Shown: positions 23,915 through 38,372, counted from the first letter of the whole stretch. The stretch is DNA of 57,802 nucleotides, filler included, from Sphacelaria rigidula (GCA_964200075.2; 5 parts of 5 records of this genome joined end to end with filler, not necessarily neighbours in it); one strand, 5' to 3'. The notes: generated from the sequence alone by a model not told the origin. Program-made: numbers and translations.

Positions 23915-25827
23915 CGTGCTCCCTGCAGGGACTGGCCTGATTGTTTTTCTAAAACGTCGATCCTAGGGTGTTTCGCGGTCCTCTAAGCACGCGATCCTCT
24001 CACGCATTACACTGTCACCATTGGAGTTCAAAATAGAGTTGGTTGAATTTCGTCACAAAATATTGCACGTCCTTTACCGCCCCGGATTTGGTACTTGTGA
24101 CTTGAAATTCGGAATGGAACATCGCTACGAGCAGCACATGGTGAAAAAAGGGGACACGCCCATCTTATATTTTCTCGTTTTGATGGGATAAACACCATTG
24201 TTTTCCACGAGAAGGACGTTAACGCACCAATACCACAAAAACATCGGTTTTGTGTGCGATTGGTCCCTGCGATATGCATCACTCGATTTCAAGTCAAATT
24301 TGTGAAAATAACCTACGGTACTGAGGTCAGGACCAAAACCGATGCGCATTTTTTACGAATACGTCCCCAGCACACGCATAAAAAACAAATCGCGACAATT
24401 TGTGGATGACCTGGGCAATCCTTTCAGTAATCATGTCCTATCGACTCTCCGTACGATATTTTAACGTACGTCGAAATCTTAGGCCAATTTCAAATGTCAA
24501 TATTCAGTGAATTGTCAGTAGGTCATCGACAATTAATACAGCCATTTTCACGCCTCAACCCCATTTTGTAATCGTGTCCTGTTCAATCTCCACGCTAACT
24601 GTGGAAGTCCAACTCTCGAATTTGACGCGAGAATAGGAAATTTAGCACCAGTGCCGGTCGATTTCAGGAATATTATATTGTAAGCCGTTTACCGGCCCGG
24701 TTTTGGTACTTGCGATTTGAAATTCGGAGTGGAAAATCGCCAGCGCACAACGAAAAAGAGAAGCACGTTCGCGTTTTACTGTGAAGAGAAGAGGTTAGGA
24801 CGCATCACCACCGTAAATACCCATTCTTCTACATGAGAGCGAGCTATAATGTCTTACACCAAGAAGGCTCTATTTCGTTTTGTTTTCGAAATGCCGATAC
24901 GATTTTCAATACTCGACTTCAAGTCAAATTTACATAATTGACGTGATATACTGAGGTCGGGCAGGGGTACATCACAATTGGAAATGACCACCCCCCACCC
25001 CCTACGAACCCCCTTTTTGGGCCCGTGTTTTTCAACAAAAACACGGAAATTTCTCTATGATTCGTATGTTGCCGCTATGTGTTGGTTTCGAGGCGAAGGC
25101 TTGAGGTGCGAAACACATTCGTGCGCTGGAAGGCGGCATGTACACTGTGTGTGCGCGATGAAAAAACGTGTAGGGGTACAATGAGGGGGGGGACCACTGA
25201 TCCGGATCACTTTCGACGAGCGCAGTCGAATTTTGTTTCGCTGGGGACTTGTGCCACTTAGTTGCAACCCATCTTGCACTCTTCTTCCATGTTTCAAGGC
25301 GCAAGCAGTAAGCATGTTTTGCGACATTCGCGTGGCAGCCTTCTTGCGTTGACCGCCGTGAAGGTTGCGGTTGCTGCGACCGGGCCGAAACTTGTCTGAT
25401 CCGCGGTCACTTTCGAATATAGTAATCGCAGTCGACAATGATATGGCGCTTGCGAGCCTTGGCGTAAACTGATGCATAATTGTGTTAGTCGCAGGTAGAC
25501 GCTCATTGACAAGCAGAAACACTACTCCACTAGCAATATCCAAACGCTGCTGTGCTCTGTCTATCCGTGAATAAGCTAAGCTGGAGACCCTGTGTGGAAT
25601 ACGCCACCCGCACCACTACCTACTTTGACTACGGAGGCCTTCAAGAACCACAAGGAACGCGCCTTTTCGCGTGCCTCAAACGTCCACACTGGCTTCTAGG
25701 TAGCAGGACAAATTCGTCCGCCTGCCCCGCTGTGCTTTCGACCGAACAGGACCTGCCACGCTTTTTGCGCCCCTCACGTCCTCACCCACCTATTCCCCGG
25801 CTATCATTCTGCTGACCCTGCGCAAGA

Positions 25828-25885
25828 CCTCCTCCTCCTCCTCCTCCTCCTCCTCCTCCTCCTCCTCCTCCTCCTCCTCCTCCTC
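25828..25885. repeat. (CCT)n microsatellite
   Basis: About 19 perfect units. Confidence 0.92.
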
Positions 25886-25989
25886 GCCTTCCTCTATTCT
25901 GTCGTCCACGCTGCCATCTTCGGAACCCGCCTCCTTTCCAGCTCCCATCTCACGCTGCCGTCGGCCGTTCTGTTGTGTTCCCATCAACC

Positions 25990-28900
25990 CCCTCGCGGTC
26001 TTGTCGTGTGCCGTTTAGCGCGGTCTACCCCTTTCTCTCCCAGACTTCGGCTTCGAACACCCCTTGAAAGTGGTTAGTACAAGCTATTTCTCCGCGTCGG
26101 ATACTGTGTACTCCTTGACGGAAGCCTTAGCCCCCTTGACGAAAGCCTTAGCCTCGTCGTCGCTCTGGAGCAGGGCGCACTTGTCTACGTTTTCCGCAGG
26201 GATATGATCGCCCATACCATACTTCCAAACCTACTGTGGCTGCTCACAAAGCTCATACAGCATGGACAGGTTGGTGCAGGGGATTGACTTACTGGACACT
26301 TTTGCCGCAGAAAGACGCAGGTGTACCTCCTCGCCCCTCATGTCCGCCGTAGAAGCGTAGCGACAGTTGGACAGTACTTTTCCGAGCCCGTTACGCTTGG
26401 TGGGAACCTTGGTAGAAGAACGGCACTGCCTCGACTGGGAACAAGATTCGCAAACACTCCTTTTCCGCAACTCCTCGCGATGAAGCATGCGGCCGCCGAC
26501 ATGGTGATGCATTTTTGCCCTGTTCACCTCAAGTGCACATATTGCGCCCGCAATGTATTCGTTTGCGCCCCCCCCAATGCACAAAATGCCGAGTCATCCA
26601 ACAGACGGGAATGCGTGGCGTCCGCATGAATTAGCAATGGGTTCACGTCGCCGGCCTGGTATCGCAGCTGCGTTGGAAGGGCACCTCAACCGTTCAATCC
26701 ATCAACCGTGCTCATAAGAGCCTCCGTCAAGCCCTGAAGCTCACCGTGTGTGAACAGGAACGTTATGAAGTTATCGCTCATGCAGGATCGAGGGATATCA
26801 CAAGATTGAAAGAAGATTGTACGACGATCACGGTGCAGACAAAAGGGTGTTGCGTCCACTCCCATTCTTCGTTCTCTCTGCGTCTGCCGTAGCCATCCCT
26901 TGACCTCAGCATTCCGTAAGAGGCTGCCACGCTCCTGCCCTCAAAACTCCACAACCCCTGCACCGGCCTTCTTCACAACAGCAGTTGTCTGAAACAGAGC
27001 TGAAAAGTACGACCTTATGTTGCCGGAGATGCTAAAAATGTAGCAAACAACGGATCTGCCACCTGAAGCGGCACCTTCGTGCGTGAGGCGCTATCAGCGG
27101 ACGGCGTTGATGTAGACCCCCGGACCCATTAGAGACGATCCCGATAAGCTCGTTTGACCTCAGCGCCGAGGTGGAGGGAAATAACAGTTTGCTTGTACAC
27201 CTGCGGCGAATACATTTTCAACACGTCCAGAGGTGATGATCTGTGAAGTGTGCGAAGTTAGCGTGCCATCCTCGTGCCAACAGTGTTGTAAGCTCTGCTT
27301 GACGGTGCGGTGAAACGTGAAACGAACTAGTGTACCCACTGCAAAAAGTGAAGGTAAACATCAGTGATACGATTACCGAAACCAGATGTACACCGTGCTT
27401 CTCCGGTAAAATAATGAAATAAATGGCCAGTGGTCATGCGCAAACAGCATCCTAACCCTCCCCCACCCACGCAATCATCTGCTTATTGTTAACCTCAACA
27501 ACCGGAGAAATCTCGGTGTCCCCAACCTGCTGCGCAGCAAGTACAGTGTCGATATCGTGCGCCTTTTCCGGCTGGCATCCAGATACAGAAACGATGGGCG
27601 GCTGACCTGGCTGCTGCTGCTCTTCTTCCCCCCCTCCTCCTTCTCCTCGGCTGGTATGAGATTCAACCCAGGCATCGGCTTGTCAAGTCTGTAACGGTGT
27701 CACATTGGAAAATAGAGGAAGGCGACGACGCGTGAACATGAGCGTACAACGCTGATTCAGGTGTGCCTGCCCTCGAGCGAAATATACAGTACGTTTGTCA
27801 AGTACGCATATAGCACCTCGCTTTATTTGATATACGGGAGGCGGTGCTCACGCCAGCAACCGCCTTGTCATAGACTCCATCGAAGTTGACATAAAGGTGA
27901 TACTGATGATGGTCACACGTGAGAGACAGGAGTAGAGCCGACGCGGTCAGGCTGGTGGGTGGAATCAAGTGACCGACCTACGTGGAGCTCCCAACGTGCC
28001 AAATCCAAACTACGGTTGGGGTACCTCACCCAGTATGCTTTGACAGCACAATCAAGACAACTTAATGGTTTTTACCAACTCATAGATGTCAACTCACCCG
28101 AACGACCTGAGCATCGTAATTCCGTCTCTCTCTAACTGTTAACATGATTTTCTGCTGATGTTGAAGCCCTCAGCGCTGTAGACAGGGTGGCCCCGAAGAA
28201 CAGACACGGCGTGCATACACCCGCACTCTTAAACCGAGACGAGGTTCGCAAGACGCACAAGGGTGTTGCCCGCCACACCCTTGTCCAACGTAGTCGTGCT
28301 CATGTGGTCAAGACTGCCATTAAGGCGTCTAGACACTCGACTCCAACCGCCTTCGTGGTCGCGGTACACCCTCTCCATCGCCACAGCCGCTCTAAGCCGC
28401 TCTCTCAACTCCTTCAGGTCAACGTTGCGGGAGTTGGTCAGGGTTCTCACAACAAACTGTTTTCCCGAATCATCCGAGCCCACCTGCCAAGGTACATCTT
28501 CTTACCCGAACGAGCAGTTGTAGCTTGCTGCACGACGCAAACATCCCTTGTGATATGATGAGGAGTGTAGTTGTTATTTCTGGATATGACCAACGGGTAC
28601 GAAGAGTGTATATCTTAGGCGAGTAACTGAGCGTCATGTGATCAACTGTTCGTCAGCTGTTACGTTTGGGGAACGAGTACGTCCTTGGTCGCTATCGTGT
28701 TGGATGACGTGGAATGATAAAATTGAACGATAAGGTATGTACGCACTCGGAGTTTGTATTGGTCGTGTTCGGGTGGCTTTGCGTGTGATGATCATTCAAA
28801 GGCGTGTGATTTTCGTATGATGGTTGGGGAAGCAACATGGCCTGCCACCGATCACTCTGCTCTTCGCCGTCGCTCTGGGATCCAACCGTACAGTTCAGGA

Positions 28901-29080
28901 TATTCATACACTTCCTCCAGCGTCTCTGACACATCTGCTGCACATCCAGCCTTTTTGCTGCGGTAGCTGGGCCCTCGAGAACAGATTACCCAGTAAATTT
29001 TTGAGTGTAGCATAATTGATTGGGTTCTGCACGAGGTTGTAACAACTTTCAGCAGATCGTTGGTTGTGACAACTGCACTA
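25990..29080 (-). mobile_element. Decayed DNA-transposon gene, P-element-like core with C-terminal Cys/His cluster
   Basis: GSDDSGKQFVVRTLTNSRNVDLKELRERL...WSRVSRRL..SLDH (28229-28483) and ICALEV..KMHHHVGG..CESC..PCTNLSMLYELC..VWKYGM.DH (about 26200-26584), broken by many stops. Confidence 0.4.
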
Positions 29081-31257
29081 GACACTCTTTGCGATAGCCC
29101 CCCCCCCCCCAAACCAGCCCGAAGGTGCCGGGAAAAAAATAGCTTAACAGCACCTAATGTTTGGGTTCAGGCTGCATGAAGCCATTCATATGGGCGACAT
29201 TGGCGAGAACGATTCCAAGTGTGGGAATTCCCAGCGGCTTGTTTTGCTCGGCTTTTTCCATTTCGATTTACGTGAAGATTTTGCCTCCCCAAGCCAGGCA
29301 CTTTTTCGGAGTGGGTCTACCTTCGAAAGTATCACTATAAGATTAGATGCCAGTACCCATGAGCTCCCAAGTCAGCAAACCCTCAGGCAAGGGCTGATCC
29401 TGGGCTAGGCACCACCTTACTGTCTTTGATCGGCTGTGTGTCACACTTCCCCCATTACACTTGCGGCTTCGCAACATGGCCCTTGTCCCAGCATTACTTG
29501 CTCGAATTGCTGTCATCTCTGGTGCACTGGACTGGCGTTAGGCCCGTTTCTTGTTTTCACCGCACGCGTGTACAGGCCGAAACTTGTTTTTGTGCCGGCC
29601 GAAACTTGTGTTTGTGCGGGCAGTTGATTATTTTGACTGCACATGAGGACGGGCCTCAGCGCTTGTTTTCGTTGTCTGGGCGTGCTTCGCCCGGCCCTTT
29701 CTGCTTCACTTGCACACAGCTGTAGTGACGAGTAAGGATGTGCCGCGTGACCTTGCCACCTACGTCGTACCGATTGTGTACTATCGCGCGTGCTTCACAA
29801 TCTCGCTTTCCGCATTATACATGCCTTTGTGGAAGACGCATCTTTGCAGTGACATATCAGAGACTGATGCCACACATGTATGAAGAACCGGCGCAAGCAG
29901 GTACAGATTATCGAGGATCCTGTAATGCCAACGATACTAGACAACTTGGGGTGATGCGAGGAAGAGCCTGACATTAGGACGGTCCAACATCCCCCGAGGA
30001 ACTGGTCGCCCCTAGGCGACTACTTCTCGTCTGACCCAACTTTTGCCCACATATCACCAGAGGAAATCATCGCCAGGCTCGGAGTTCCTTCGGCATCAGG
30101 ACGGCATCTCTCAAGACAACCTCCTCCTTAGTCTGTCTATCCTAGCGATACGCCTTCCTCACATTGGCGACACCAGAAAAAGAATTCAGGCAAGGCAGGT
30201 CGTAGGAGTAAAACACTAGAACGAGAGCCGACTGCTCCCCGACACCGGGAGCACTGGGGTCCTCCAAGGGAAGCTACTACTGCAGGTGAAACGTATGGGT
30301 CATGTGCATAATTATTCGAGTTGAAAGGTTAATGGAGTAAGGTGTTTGGATCAACGCGAGATTAGCCCCCTCGATGTGCATTATATATCACGCGCATGGC
30401 TAATTACACAGCGACGCGCGAGATAAGACTCCTCAGTGTGCATCATATGTCCCCTGTAGGGCTAGTCAAACAGCGAAACGCGAAATTGATCTCATCAGCG
30501 TGCATTATATGCCACCAGGATGGCTAATCAAACAGCGAAGCCACACCTCTCAACGAACATTTCACCAGCATAATGCAAAAGACACGGCAACTAATCAAGC
30601 AGGCCAACCTCTGGAAACGCGGTGACTCTTCCTTTCAAACCCGATCTTGGACGATCACTGTTATGACTCATACAACGCATCGTCACTACTACGGATATAC
30701 AGATACGCTCTCAGCGTTATCCTGTGCATCAGTGCGCGTTAGAGTCGCAGTCACAGTAAATGGTACCACGCGGAAAATAACCACAATCGATTCCGCAGCA
30801 GATGTACCATGTATCAGCAAAAGTTCATCGATGGACACCCATTCATAATGGCAGCTGATATCAAACCAGTACCGCCAGGACCCATGGGTCTCAGAAGCGC
30901 GGACGGTTCCCACATAAAACTCATCGCGTTCGTTCGTTTTGAGCTTACGCCAGGGATGAAAACCCTGCCAGTAGAAGCGCTTGTATTACCTAACCCGGGG
31001 CCGGATTGTCTACTTACTAGACAATTCCATTTTGAGTGCGTTCGAAGCTAAACTCGACTGGCAGGCGGAGTGCCTGACATTCGGTGATGCCAGTATACAA
31101 AATCGAAGCATCGCATCGAAAACAACAGGGTTCACAAAATACAGCACACTCTAAAACAACACACTGTTCTATAGTTTGTGTAAATTGTTTTAACCATGTT
31201 CCAGTCTTTCTCACAATACAAATGCAGTGTGCCACCGCAAAGTGAAATGGCAGTAAG

Positions 31258-31555
31258 CACCGTTTTCGTGAGATTGAGAGTAGAACGCTGATCGAAAGTG
31301 GCCTTGATCATTCGCTTCAACTTCGCCATTTTTTCATTTCGTGTGTGCTTTTCTTTGCCTCCATCACTAGCGTGTTCTTACAGCTACACGTGGATATCCT
31401 ACTCAGGGACATCAAGGATATCAGTGGCAAGCTGCTGCAGAAAGAGTATTGGGCCTCGTGGAGGGGCATTTCGGAACAGAAACGATTCATTCACTTATTA
31501 ACCGCTGTTCACCCTCAACCGTATCCTCTATTCTCAATCTCACGAAAACATTATT
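31258..31555. mobile_element. MITE family C, second copy, inside Gypsy pol
   Basis: TIRs cgttttcgtgagattgagagtaga / tctattctcaatctcacgaaaac; the interior matches 6701-6987. Confidence 0.75.
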
Positions 31556-31798
31556 ATTACTAGTTGAAACGGGAAATACCCCGTCAAGAACAGCAGTTGT
31601 CGTGGAGCCACGCATAATAACCGAAGAAGACACTCGATCGCCTGATGTACCTCAAGAACAGTATGCACGTAGTCGGCAACAAATAAGACGGCAACGGTAC
31701 AAATCGCCAACCCGTCGAGCTGACATTCAAACCCGCAACGCAATACGATTCCAGGCTATATCACCTCACTACAAGAGACGAAGAGCCGGAGAGGGTCC

Positions 31799-31849
31799 AG
31801 AAGAAGAAGAAGAAGAAGAAGAAGAAGATGACGAACAAGAAGAAGAAGA
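31799..31849. repeat. (GAA)n microsatellite, interrupted
   Basis: Visible tandem gaa run. Confidence 0.85.
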
Positions 31850-32114
31850 GACAAAAACCGGGAAAACAATTGCCGACACCCTCTCACGACTGTTGGCGTT
31901 TGAAAAGTGACAAAAGCTGAAATCAAGCCGTTGCTTACACGAATATTTTGTAACGTGCCGAAAGACCCTGCGCTGCAAATAGCTGAATCACAGCATCAAT
32001 GTCAAATATCAGCTGAGAAGATCGACCGTTTGAAGCCGGTGCAAAGTGACCAAGAGCTGCCAGTTACCTGAAACGAATTGCGAAAAGAACAACTATGGGA
32101 GTGACACTTTCTAC

Positions 32115-32420
32115 GATAGCCCCCCTCCCCCAAAACCAGCCCAAAAGTGGCACGAAAAAAGTGATCATACGACTAATGCCGAGATAGCCCCCCCACAAGA
32201 AGTGCACGGGAGACCGTCCGACAAACCGGCTGCGATCCCACTTTTGGGCTCATTTGCAGCAATACCGCCCACATGAAAGGCTTGTAGCAGTCTGAAATCA
32301 GCTATAACGCCCAAATAAGTCGCGTCATGGAACACGAAACCAGCTCTAACGGCATTTATGATCATCGCCTCCGTGCACATTTTTGGCCGGTTTGGGGGGG
32401 GGCTATCTCGGCAGCAGTCA
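32115..32420. mobile_element. MITE family D, second copy
   Basis: Collinear with 50315-50669. Confidence 0.78.
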
Positions 32421-34646
32421 TACGCGTCTCATGTTTGGGTTCAGGCTGCATAAGGCGTCTCATGTGGGCGACATTGGCAAGAACGAACCCGAGCGTGAGT
32501 GTGCTCGGCCTTTTTCATTTTCAATTCACGGGAAGCTTTCGTAGAAAGTGTTGGAGTACGCACACTATGTAAAGGTTGCCAACGCCGAAAGAACGGTCCA
32601 CAACCGGCCAAAATTTGCCGATGGGACACGTTCCGGTGGGACGGCCATAAGAAAAAATGTCGGCAGACCTAGTCGAATACAAAGCAGCTTCGATGTCAAA
32701 AGCTGGAGTACTATGTAAATAGATATTGTCCGAAATGGACCATCTCACAGGGCATGCCTTGCTCATTCCGGTACCAAATAAACAAGCCACGTCGATAGCC
32801 AAACCTTTCATCCATAGAGTTTTACCACATTTGACATCCCGAAAAAGCTGCATTTGGATCAAAGAGCCGAATTGGAAACGAGATAATATACGCACGGCAA
32901 CAAGAGCTGGGTTTCAGTAAAACTCGCATGACACCGTTACGCCCGCAAGGTAGTTCAGTGTCGGAACGAATCCACTCCATTATGCACGCGATGTTAGCTG
33001 GGCATATGTCAGTTGAGAAGAAAATTGGATATCCATGCTTCCGTTCATCCAAATGGCGTACAACACATCCTATTACAATACAGCACAGGAAATACCGTAT
33101 TTTTCATTGTTCAGAAGACAGCCCAGATTACCAATCGCCATCATCCTCGGCAAACCTAAGGGAAACCAAGCGGCAACACCCGAAGAATTTTTCAAAGAAA
33201 CACGGGAACACACATGGTTAGGATTTGAAATTGCGGGAAAAGCTCTACGAGAAAGAGCGAACGAGAAAGAAAACAAAAACGAACTAAAACCGTTCCCTGT
33301 GGTGAAACCCGGTCAAAAGGTACTCCTGTACCGACCATACCAGGATTCAGAAGGGTCGCACCCGCAACTCCGAGCACCATGGAGAGGAACTTCCATGATA
33401 AGCAAGAGACGATTGCCGATTGTGTACAGAATCAAAATAGGCGATGACTCTAAAAAAATGTCAGTACACCTCGCTCACTTGAAGAAATATCGTCCACGAG
33501 AAACGCCACCGCATCAGATTTCGATTAGTCGAATGAGTTAGTTTTTCCTAGGAAAATGGCGTACCCTCACATATTTCATAAGTCGTGTTTTGGATTACAT
33601 AAAGGGTTCCTGACGATTCTAACCTCAGAAACTAGGTGTGCACCCCCCCACTAGCATTCCTCTCAAAATGAACACAATGCTCATGAACAGTCGTCATCCA
33701 CTGGCATAGCGCCTGCGGCCTGCTGCTGCTCCTGACGGCCCCGTGGAAGATGGCGATATTGTAGACGAGGAAGATGGCATGGAGCTCGTCCGCTGCAACA
33801 ATTTCGCGTATTTTTTAGGGCTGTGAACTGGCTGCTTTGGTCAGATAAGTTTATATTGTTGATAGCACCGCGACTATTGTAGGCGCCGTGCTCGTCCTTT
33901 GAGGGTTCTCTTTTTTTAACGGAACGTCGGGGAAGGCACGGCGCGGGTGTAATTCGTGCGCAAAAGACATGGCACGGGCACATTGCATCTCAACTCCCAC
34001 CGGCGGAGTACGAGTACTGTTATATTTTACGTTTAATGCTCACGTCACATTAGCTCGATTCCTCGAACACTCTAGTTCGATCCCTCCAAACCGTGGTCAC
34101 GGGGTGCAAGGAGCACACCACCCATACCCATAAAACCAAGAGTTGACAGAGAAACTATTTACACAAAAGCTGTATACAAAAAAAACGAGCCCGCAAAAAC
34201 CGATCGAACAACAAGGAACACACTGCAAGCTGAAAAATTGCCCGTGTGCGATCTAGATGACCACCTTGCCACCTACTGCTGTTTAGTCGTGTAGTAACTG
34301 CAAACGCATGAATCGAAATGTCGCAGGGAACAAGAATCAACCCCTAATAGGCCTGGTAATATTGGAAAATATCCCAGGTTCAAGGAAGTAAGAAAATAAT
34401 GGCTTCATCACCGAAGCATCAGTTGTAGCATCAACTGACCTTACTCAACATTAATATCAAGCGACTTGATCACCCCACGAGTATTACTAGTTCAGTGTAA
34501 CCTCCCTGAGCTAATCCAAGTTCGAGAAACTTGATCTTCCCGCCTTAAAATCAAATCCGTCATGTTTATACTAGCTCCATATAGAACTCAGGACACTCCC
34601 CCCCCCCCCCCCCCCCCCCTACCACCGCGGTGGACACGCGTAACTG

Positions 34647-34746
34647 NNNNNNNNNNNNNNNNNNNNNNNNNNNNNNNNNNNNNNNNNNNNTTAATTAATT
34701 AANNNNNNNNNNNNNNNNNNNNNNNNNNNNNNNNNNNNNNNNNNNN
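34647..34746. other. Artificial contig-joining spacer
   Basis: Identical 100-nt linker. Confidence 0.98.
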
Positions 34747-37700
34747 AAGTCCAAGACTCCTTTCAATGCACTCTTAATTTGAACATCGTCCAGAACATCA
34801 CACTTCCATTCTCCCTCCGACGAGGACGCCAGCACCGAGAAAGACGTCCGAGGGGCACGGCCAAACATCACGTGATACGGCGTACTATCGTACCGATGGC
34901 GATATGCTGTATTTAGCGCCTATTGCACAGCGGGAAACACGTCCACCCACTCGGTCACCTCTCGACGCTGCTCGAGAAGAATAGAGCAAAGAGCACGAAC
35001 TACTTCCTTTGCCATGCGTTCGCACGTACCGTTAGACCACGGAGAATACGCTACCGCAAACCGGTGATCAACTCACAACGTCTCTCGCAACCGAGCCGAG
35101 GTCGCATTCTTAAAATGCGTGGCGGTATCACTCACCCACACACGGGGCACCCCCAAAGGTTTGCACCAGTTCAGCAAAGACGCAGCAGTCGATTTCAGCA
35201 GTACACACGGCTACTGGTTCCAGAGCCACAAAATTGCTCAAGTCATCCATGATGACCAAAATGTACGGAACCCAGCATCCTCCGAAAAACCTTGGGCAGC
35301 TAGCGGGCCACTCTCGCCCACGTGTAAGAAATCAAAATGAACGACTTCATTCGGCGTGGTCCAATGGACCGTTTCACCGAGCGGGCGGGGAACAACATCG
35401 CCCGCCCTCGGGTCAGGACAGTGAAGACACTGGCGGACAAATTCGCGCACATTAGTTTCTATCCCCTGCCAGACACAAAACTCTTGCAAGCGCATGAGCG
35501 TCGCAGCCACACCATGATGCCCGGCATCGCGCATGTGCGCACAAATCATCAAGCGTACCTGCAACTGCTTGTCAGAACTCGGAATTCACAAAACGTTTCG
35601 ACCACGCACACGCACACGAAACAGACCTTTATTGTCCAAGATAGCAGTACCAACGTCCGACTCGAAAGATTGCACATCCGCATCCTCAGCCCCAAGGTCT
35701 TTTCGTTGGGCTTGGCGGACAACAGATTTGGACGGCATCGAGTCATCAGGTTCGCACGGACCATACACAGCCACAGCGCGCGCAGGCAAAGTGGGAATAT
35801 TTACCCAGCGCGATAGCAAGTCACCCCACGCGTTTCGCTCACCCGAAATATGACAAATCGTGTACCGATGCTGTCCTAATACTCCTTTCCACCCCTCCAA
35901 TCGCTGTGCCAACGCCTTCGACACAGACGTCACGCATGCCTCCGGGTTGAAAATGTACGCTAGATTTCGGTGATCCGTGAAAATGTGTACGCTATTCTAC
36001 AATGGATGCTCGAGACGACGAAAAGTGCTCACTATAGCGAAACCTTCTTTGTCAGTGGTTGTCCAACGCAGCTGGGAACCCTTGAAATTACCACTAAGAA
36101 AAGCCGGCGGTTCACGCGTCATGTCTTCAACCTGCAACCGTTGTTGAATTTCTGCATTAGGCACCTGCGTGATAAAGCTACCCCAATGACACTCGGATGC
36201 ATCCGGAAAAATCAGCACCTGGCAACCGGGGCGGGGATGAAACAGCGTCACGGCGTGAGCCACCAGATCCTTCGCTGCCGCCCATGCCTGCATCCTGTCC
36301 TCCGTCCACGAGGCAGGTGGAATAACACGATATTTTGCCACCCGCTTCGTGCGCCTGGCTGCCCCCACCATGAGTTCTTCTAGAAAAACGCGTAAGGGCG
36401 CCACTACTTCAGCCATACGTGGCAACGAGGTACGCAACCAGTTCCTTGCGTGCAGGAATTGCATTAGTTCTGCGGCTGTTTCTGGACGCCGCATGTCAGA
36501 CAAACCTTGCGAGCGGACCGGGTCATGCGAGACGCGGCCGTGTGAGTACACTTTCCCACACCACACTAGTTCAATAGCAAAAATGGTACACTTGTGGGCA
36601 GCTGCAAATAGACCAACACTCTCTAAGCGAGCCTAGATTACATCAAGCGTATCCAACAGTTCGTCTTCCGTATCTGCGAAGAAAAAGACACCATCCACCC
36701 AAATCTTGCATTTCAAGCCATCTAAAAGGTCCGCCATGACACTTGAAAATAGGAAGTAGCATTCAACACGCCTTGCGGTACTCTTTGCGGGGTAAGCATG
36801 CCAAACGGAGTCGTGATTGTGAACATCTCTTGCGCCTCTTCGGCCAACGGCATCTGCCAGTACCCCTGTAGGAGGTCCAACTTACCGAAACATCGCGCAC
36901 TCAGCAGGTCTATCATGTCGGATTCCTGATTGGGCATGACACCCGGCGACTTCTCCACCTGATCATTGATGGCTCCGTAATCGCTAACAAGACGGAAATA
37001 GTCCATCTTCGGCACTGCCATCGCTGGACTGGACCACACCGCCTGTAGATTCCGGAACACCAACCCAAACGCCACAAGAGCTCCCATGCAAGAAGCTAGT
37101 CAACTGGGCTTTACCGGATCATACCTCGTCGGTTTTGCGTTCACCGCGGCCGCCCCTGGCTTCAGTGTAACCCTCATGGGTTCCACGCGCGCAGGGGGAT
37201 CACCCCTCAGCGCACAACGAAACGCGTTGACGTGGCGATACAGTATACCACGCGAGCGCTCCGCTTTTGAGACTGCGAGGCCATTTTCCACCGCACCCGT
37301 CAAGCTTTCCTCAAGCGCAGGCTTTCGCGCGGACTCTTCTTCCTCCGGCTCCATATACATATCGGGGCCGCGCTCCACCAAGCGTTCCACCGCCTCATCA
37401 CGCTCCTCGGATACCTGCCCCCCCGCCTCCTGGAGAGCATCAACCGACAAGCTCACTCTGCGGCTAGCCAAAAAAGCAGGCGCCTCGACACACGAACCGG
37501 GCGCCGGCATTTTCGTTTTTAGATACCCCAACAACCTATCATACGGATCGACCCCGAGTCCCCGAAGCGTCGGTAGGCCCAACAGAACTACACCATCCGT
37601 CCCCGGCATGATTGCAAAACGATACTGGGGGTAATGTTACTGGTCCTCAAGTAGTCAGGAACGCCAACTGTAGGGGAATCGTACGCTCAGTCACATTTAT

Positions 37701-38037
37701 ACGTTGCCCAGATGCGGTGATGGCCTGCCGCGCCCCGAGCGAGAACGGAATTCGGATTCGCTCACCGGGGAGTAGACGCTGCAGCATCTCCACGATTAAC
37801 ACTGACACGTTCGTGAAGTGGGCGCCTGAACCCAACACCGCTTCAACCGATATAGCTCCCCGCGCCCGTTGATCGGGCAAATATAACTTGGCAGGGACAT
37901 AATTGTCTTGGTCCTCAACCGGCACCAGCTCCGCTGACTGATGGGTCGTGATCCCCACTTGACGCCACGGCTGCGCGCGTGGCGCAGGCAGAGACGCCCC
38001 CGCTGGGGTCACCGGCACCGCCGGCGGGTACGAAGCC
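34747..38037 (-). mobile_element. Ty3/Gypsy pol (protease-RT-RNase H-integrase), frameshifted; same family as 51637-55991
   Basis: RT motifs KLDLLQGYWQ, RVPQGVLNA and WVDG (mutated xxDD), RNase H FPDASECHWG...TTTDKEGFAIV, and integrase HHGV..CLHC. Long near-identical peptides are shared with the 53-55 kb element. Truncated by the contig end. Confidence 0.92.
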
Positions 38038-38372
38038 TATAGACCTTTGTCAATCAAGATCAGATTGCCATGTGGACTCCTCCCATCACGGGCACATGGA
38101 CTTCAGCAGCTTTAGTTATTTATGTATTAACCCTCAGCATAGTACAGGAGAACAGGACCATATAGCCTCTCTCCACCAGAGTGGCAAAACCAAGCCTACT
38201 CGTTCGTCATGGAGGTCACCATCACAGAGTCCGGCAATCAGACCCGCAACTCCACCTACAATGTCCCTGACCTTGGGTAACAATGGTGGCTAGGTCTACA
38301 TACAGCAGATTCTTCCACTTGTAGATCATCATGAACCCGCACGTACGTGTACTGGAGGTGGACTACTCTACA
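38038..38372 (-). repeat. 3' LTR of the second Gypsy element
   Basis: Starts TGTAG on the minus strand right after a PPT and ends CTATA (degenerate CTACA). Matches 42558-42625 and, inverted, 46150-46224. Confidence 0.72.

Larger units (their letters stand above)
30650..33545 (+). mobile_element. Degenerate Ty3/Gypsy pol (protease and integrase), interrupted by MITEs
   Basis: Protease TIDSAADVPCIS; integrase MDHLTGHALLIPVPNK, PQGSSVSERIH, LPFIQMAYNTSY and GPY/F-like LRAPWRG...VHLAHLKKY. Confidence 0.8.

Noticed and set aside
25790..25987. Poly-Glu ORF (also poly-Glu at 31449-31910 and poly-Pro/Gly near 11400)
   Set aside because: These are translations of microsatellites or homopolymers.
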